Part shown: in pieces, positions 61,695 to 64,000 of the stretch | Position numbering within the stretch: position 1 is the first letter of the stretch | How the letters are laid out: every line of letters begins with the position of its first letter | The notes under the pieces: generated by a model | Database searches by the model: none | What the model saw: the letters and a program-made list of their open reading frames with translations, nothing else | Told to the model about the DNA's origin: nothing | Made by a program: the position numbers and the translations under genes | From: Sphyrna mokarran | Taxonomy: Eukaryota | Assembly: GCA_024679065.1 (NCBI GenBank) | Contig: JAGIQG010000009.1 | Span: forward strand, 110,298,001-110,362,000 | Direction: 5' to 3' | Length of the DNA stretch: 64,000 nt

Positions 61695-63110
61695 GTGAAC
61701 CTGGCTTCCACACAGCAGGAGAATTGGACCAAGGAGACGATTTGTTACATTTCTCTCGATTTCTTCACCAATCCGGTAACACTGGTATGTGACCACAACT
61801 TGGTTGGATTTGGGCCTGTGTCTGCGGGAGTTTGCGTGTTCTCCCCGTGGTTGTGTGGGTTTTCTCCGGGTGCTCCGGTTTCCTCCCACATCCCAAAAAT
61901 GTGCTCTTAGGCTGATTGGGTCACAAATTGTCCCTATATTGGTCTCTATATGTGATTAAGACTTTAGGACGGTGGCGCGGGTTCGCTGGGCCGAAGGGCC
62001 TGTTTCCTGTGCTGTGTTGTTCTTTGTTCTAACTTTTGCCGCTCCTGTATGACTCAGTGTTGGGAAAAGAAGAAAATAAACTCCTACCCAGAATGCAAAG
62101 AAACCTCAGGTTAAATCTGGCCTTAGCGAATCTGGCTGAGAAAACTCGAAAATTAAAGCTAAATTGGAAAGAGAAGGAAAGTAAACTTCACTGTGAGGAA
62201 CATCAGGAAGAACTGAACAAAAAACTGGATTTTAAGAATGTCTTTGGACACTAAGGAGCAATTTAACATCGCCAGGCCAACTCACGTGCACATCTTTGGG
62301 GTGTGGGAGGAAACACATGCAGACTCCACAGAGACAGTCACCCAGAATTTAATCTGGGTCCTAAGCACTGTGAGACAGCAACGCTAACCAATGTCCTGTT
62401 TGATATTTTTGGAAGCTGTGTCCTCCCTCTGTGAAAGTCCAAGGTGGTTTTCTCCTGCTGTCAGGTCCTCATAGCCTACACTCAGAGCGGCCTCTTTATG
62501 TTGTCGAGTAGAAAACAAAATGCTGAAACCGAGGAGAGAATCTTCCCTATCCAAACAGTGAATCTTTTAAATTCTCTGCTTTTTCTCTCAGTCTCTGTGA
62601 TACTGGATGTGGAAAACAGTAAATCCCCGGTTTGAGGTGTCTGAGGATCTGAAGAGTTTGAGATGGACCAGGCCCGAGAGGACTCTCCCTGACACTGGGA
62701 AGAGGTTTAGAAATTGGCCCCATGTGCTGCGATCAGAGGAATTCACATCAGCGAGATATCACTAAGAGGTAGAGATGATGGAGAATTGGAGTTGGAGTAG
62801 CTGCAGAGTCTGGGAAAGGAAGAGGAGTCAGTCTGATCCCGGATTTTGATTTATTGAGTAGATCAACAATCAGTTTAATATATATTCCTCTCTTCCAATC
62901 CTTCTCCTTATCAGTCAGATCCTCAGGAAGGTGGGAGTTTATCTCAGTTATGAGTCTGGAATAGTTTCATTTTACAACACAGACACCAAGTCCCATTTCC
63001 ACATCTTTACTGGGAATAAACTCACTGAAAAAATTTATCCCTTCTTCTGTAACTGTGACAAAGACACTGCTCTGATTCGGATCCGGATCCAGAAAAGTGA
63101 TGGCATCATC
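61695..63110 (+). pseudogene. TRIM pseudogene 2 (duplicate of pseudogene 1 with an extra SINE in the RING)
   Basis: Shares the CTG start loss, B-box truncation and PRY-SPRY lesions of 46856-48050; additional insertion 61802-62030. Confidence 0.88.
61802..62030 (+). mobile_element. V-SINE insertion specific to pseudogene 2
   Basis: V-domain, CR1-like tail, TSD aactt (61797-61801 / 62031-62035); absent in pseudogene 1. Confidence 0.85.
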
Positions 63111-64000
63111 CCTGACATCACAATGACTTGACCCTAATTAGGGTCAGAAACCATCATTGACAACAGTTTGTCCAAATTGTAAAATAAGATTGTAAATTGA
63201 AACAATACAAATATAAAGTAAATTAAATATCTTGTGTCTCTCCTTCCTTCATTTACTCCCTGCTTCAGTCAGTCAAACCATCCTCCATCCCTTCCCCTTT
63301 TTCCCAGTCTGTGGCTGGGATTTCTTCCCCGTTTCCATTTTTCACGCTGCTCCCAGAACACGAAAGCTTAAGAGAGAAGTTCAAACATTGAAGCAATGAC
63401 AACAATGCATTTCCCTGGTGTTTGAAATTTGTAACTTTTCCCTATTTAAGTCCCTCACTTCAACATGACTTAATCTGAAGAGGACCCCTTTTCCACAACC
63501 CAATTGCTATGTTTTAAAAGGAGTCAACGTAACCTGGGATGATGTTTTCACTGGTTGAGATGCCAAGAATGAGGGGATCACAGTCTCAGGATACAGGGTG
63601 GATCAATTAGAACAGAGATGAAGAGAAACGTCTTCACTCAGAGGGTGATGAACCTGTGGAATTTTCTACCAAAGGGAGCTCTGGAGGCCAAATCACTGAA
63701 TGTGTGATTGAAGGGATTTGGTAAATTCTCGGCTTGAAGACATTAAGAGGAGAACACAGAAGTATGGCATTGAGATAGAGGGTTAGCCGTAATCATACTG
63801 AATGACAGAATGTACAGGACGCTGTTATTTTCTTTGTTTTTACGTACAAGACACACCAATGTGCAGAGAAACCCAAGACAATCTACAAGAGTCCCAGCAA
63901 TGCTTCTTGGGTGAGGACAAGGATCTAGGATTCTGTGTTTCCAGATGTGGCTGTCTCAGTGAACTTCAAGCTGGACACTGGAGCCAGTGTTATGATCTTC

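Larger units (their letters stand above)
40080..64000 (+). repeat. Tandem segmental duplication of [TRIM + TRIM pseudogene + flank]: ~40080-48980 aligns to ~50935-64000 and continues past the window
   Basis: Colinear exons, introns and shared TE insertions; the offset grows from ~10.9 kb (exon 1) to 14853 bp (exon 6) to ~15.0 kb owing to copy-specific indels. Confidence 0.95.

Overview
Eukaryotic genomic DNA, almost certainly a cartilaginous fish (shark-type V-SINE/HE1-like SINEs, CR1 LINEs, Penelope elements; species not determinable). All genes are on the + strand and were reconstructed by hand from GT-AG junctions. (1) The last six coding exons of a divergent carnitine O-acetyltransferase-like gene (1-10584), with TYES->TCES, STS->STG and no C-terminal PTS1. 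(2) A complete 7-coding-exon butyrophilin-like gene (signal-IgV-IgC-TM-two 27-bp exons-B30.2; 22833-33396, ~463 aa). (3) A tandem duplication, running off the window end, of a unit made of an intact RING-Bbox-coiled-coil-PRY/SPRY TRIM gene (39875-45352; 50729-60205) plus a deleted TRIM pseudogene. The most unusual signal is a set of Penelope-derived insertions carrying minimal hammerhead-ribozyme cores, integrated as inverted repeats with target-site duplications and a one-sided ~30-36 bp tail. They include a perfect 113-bp-arm hairpin (32091-32318) and a near-perfect ~103-bp one (26922-27129) inside butyrophilin introns, and a 457-bp-arm version retaining a GIY-YIG fragment (37031-38426). Other points: IRF/ISRE motifs intact before both functional TRIMs but mutated before both pseudogenes, a ~770-bp identical tract between TRIM paralogs, an apparently chimeric first TRIM, and a CRAT-BTN-TRIM linkage suggestive of an MHC or MHC-paralogous region. 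Repeat family names and boundaries are by eye and approximate.
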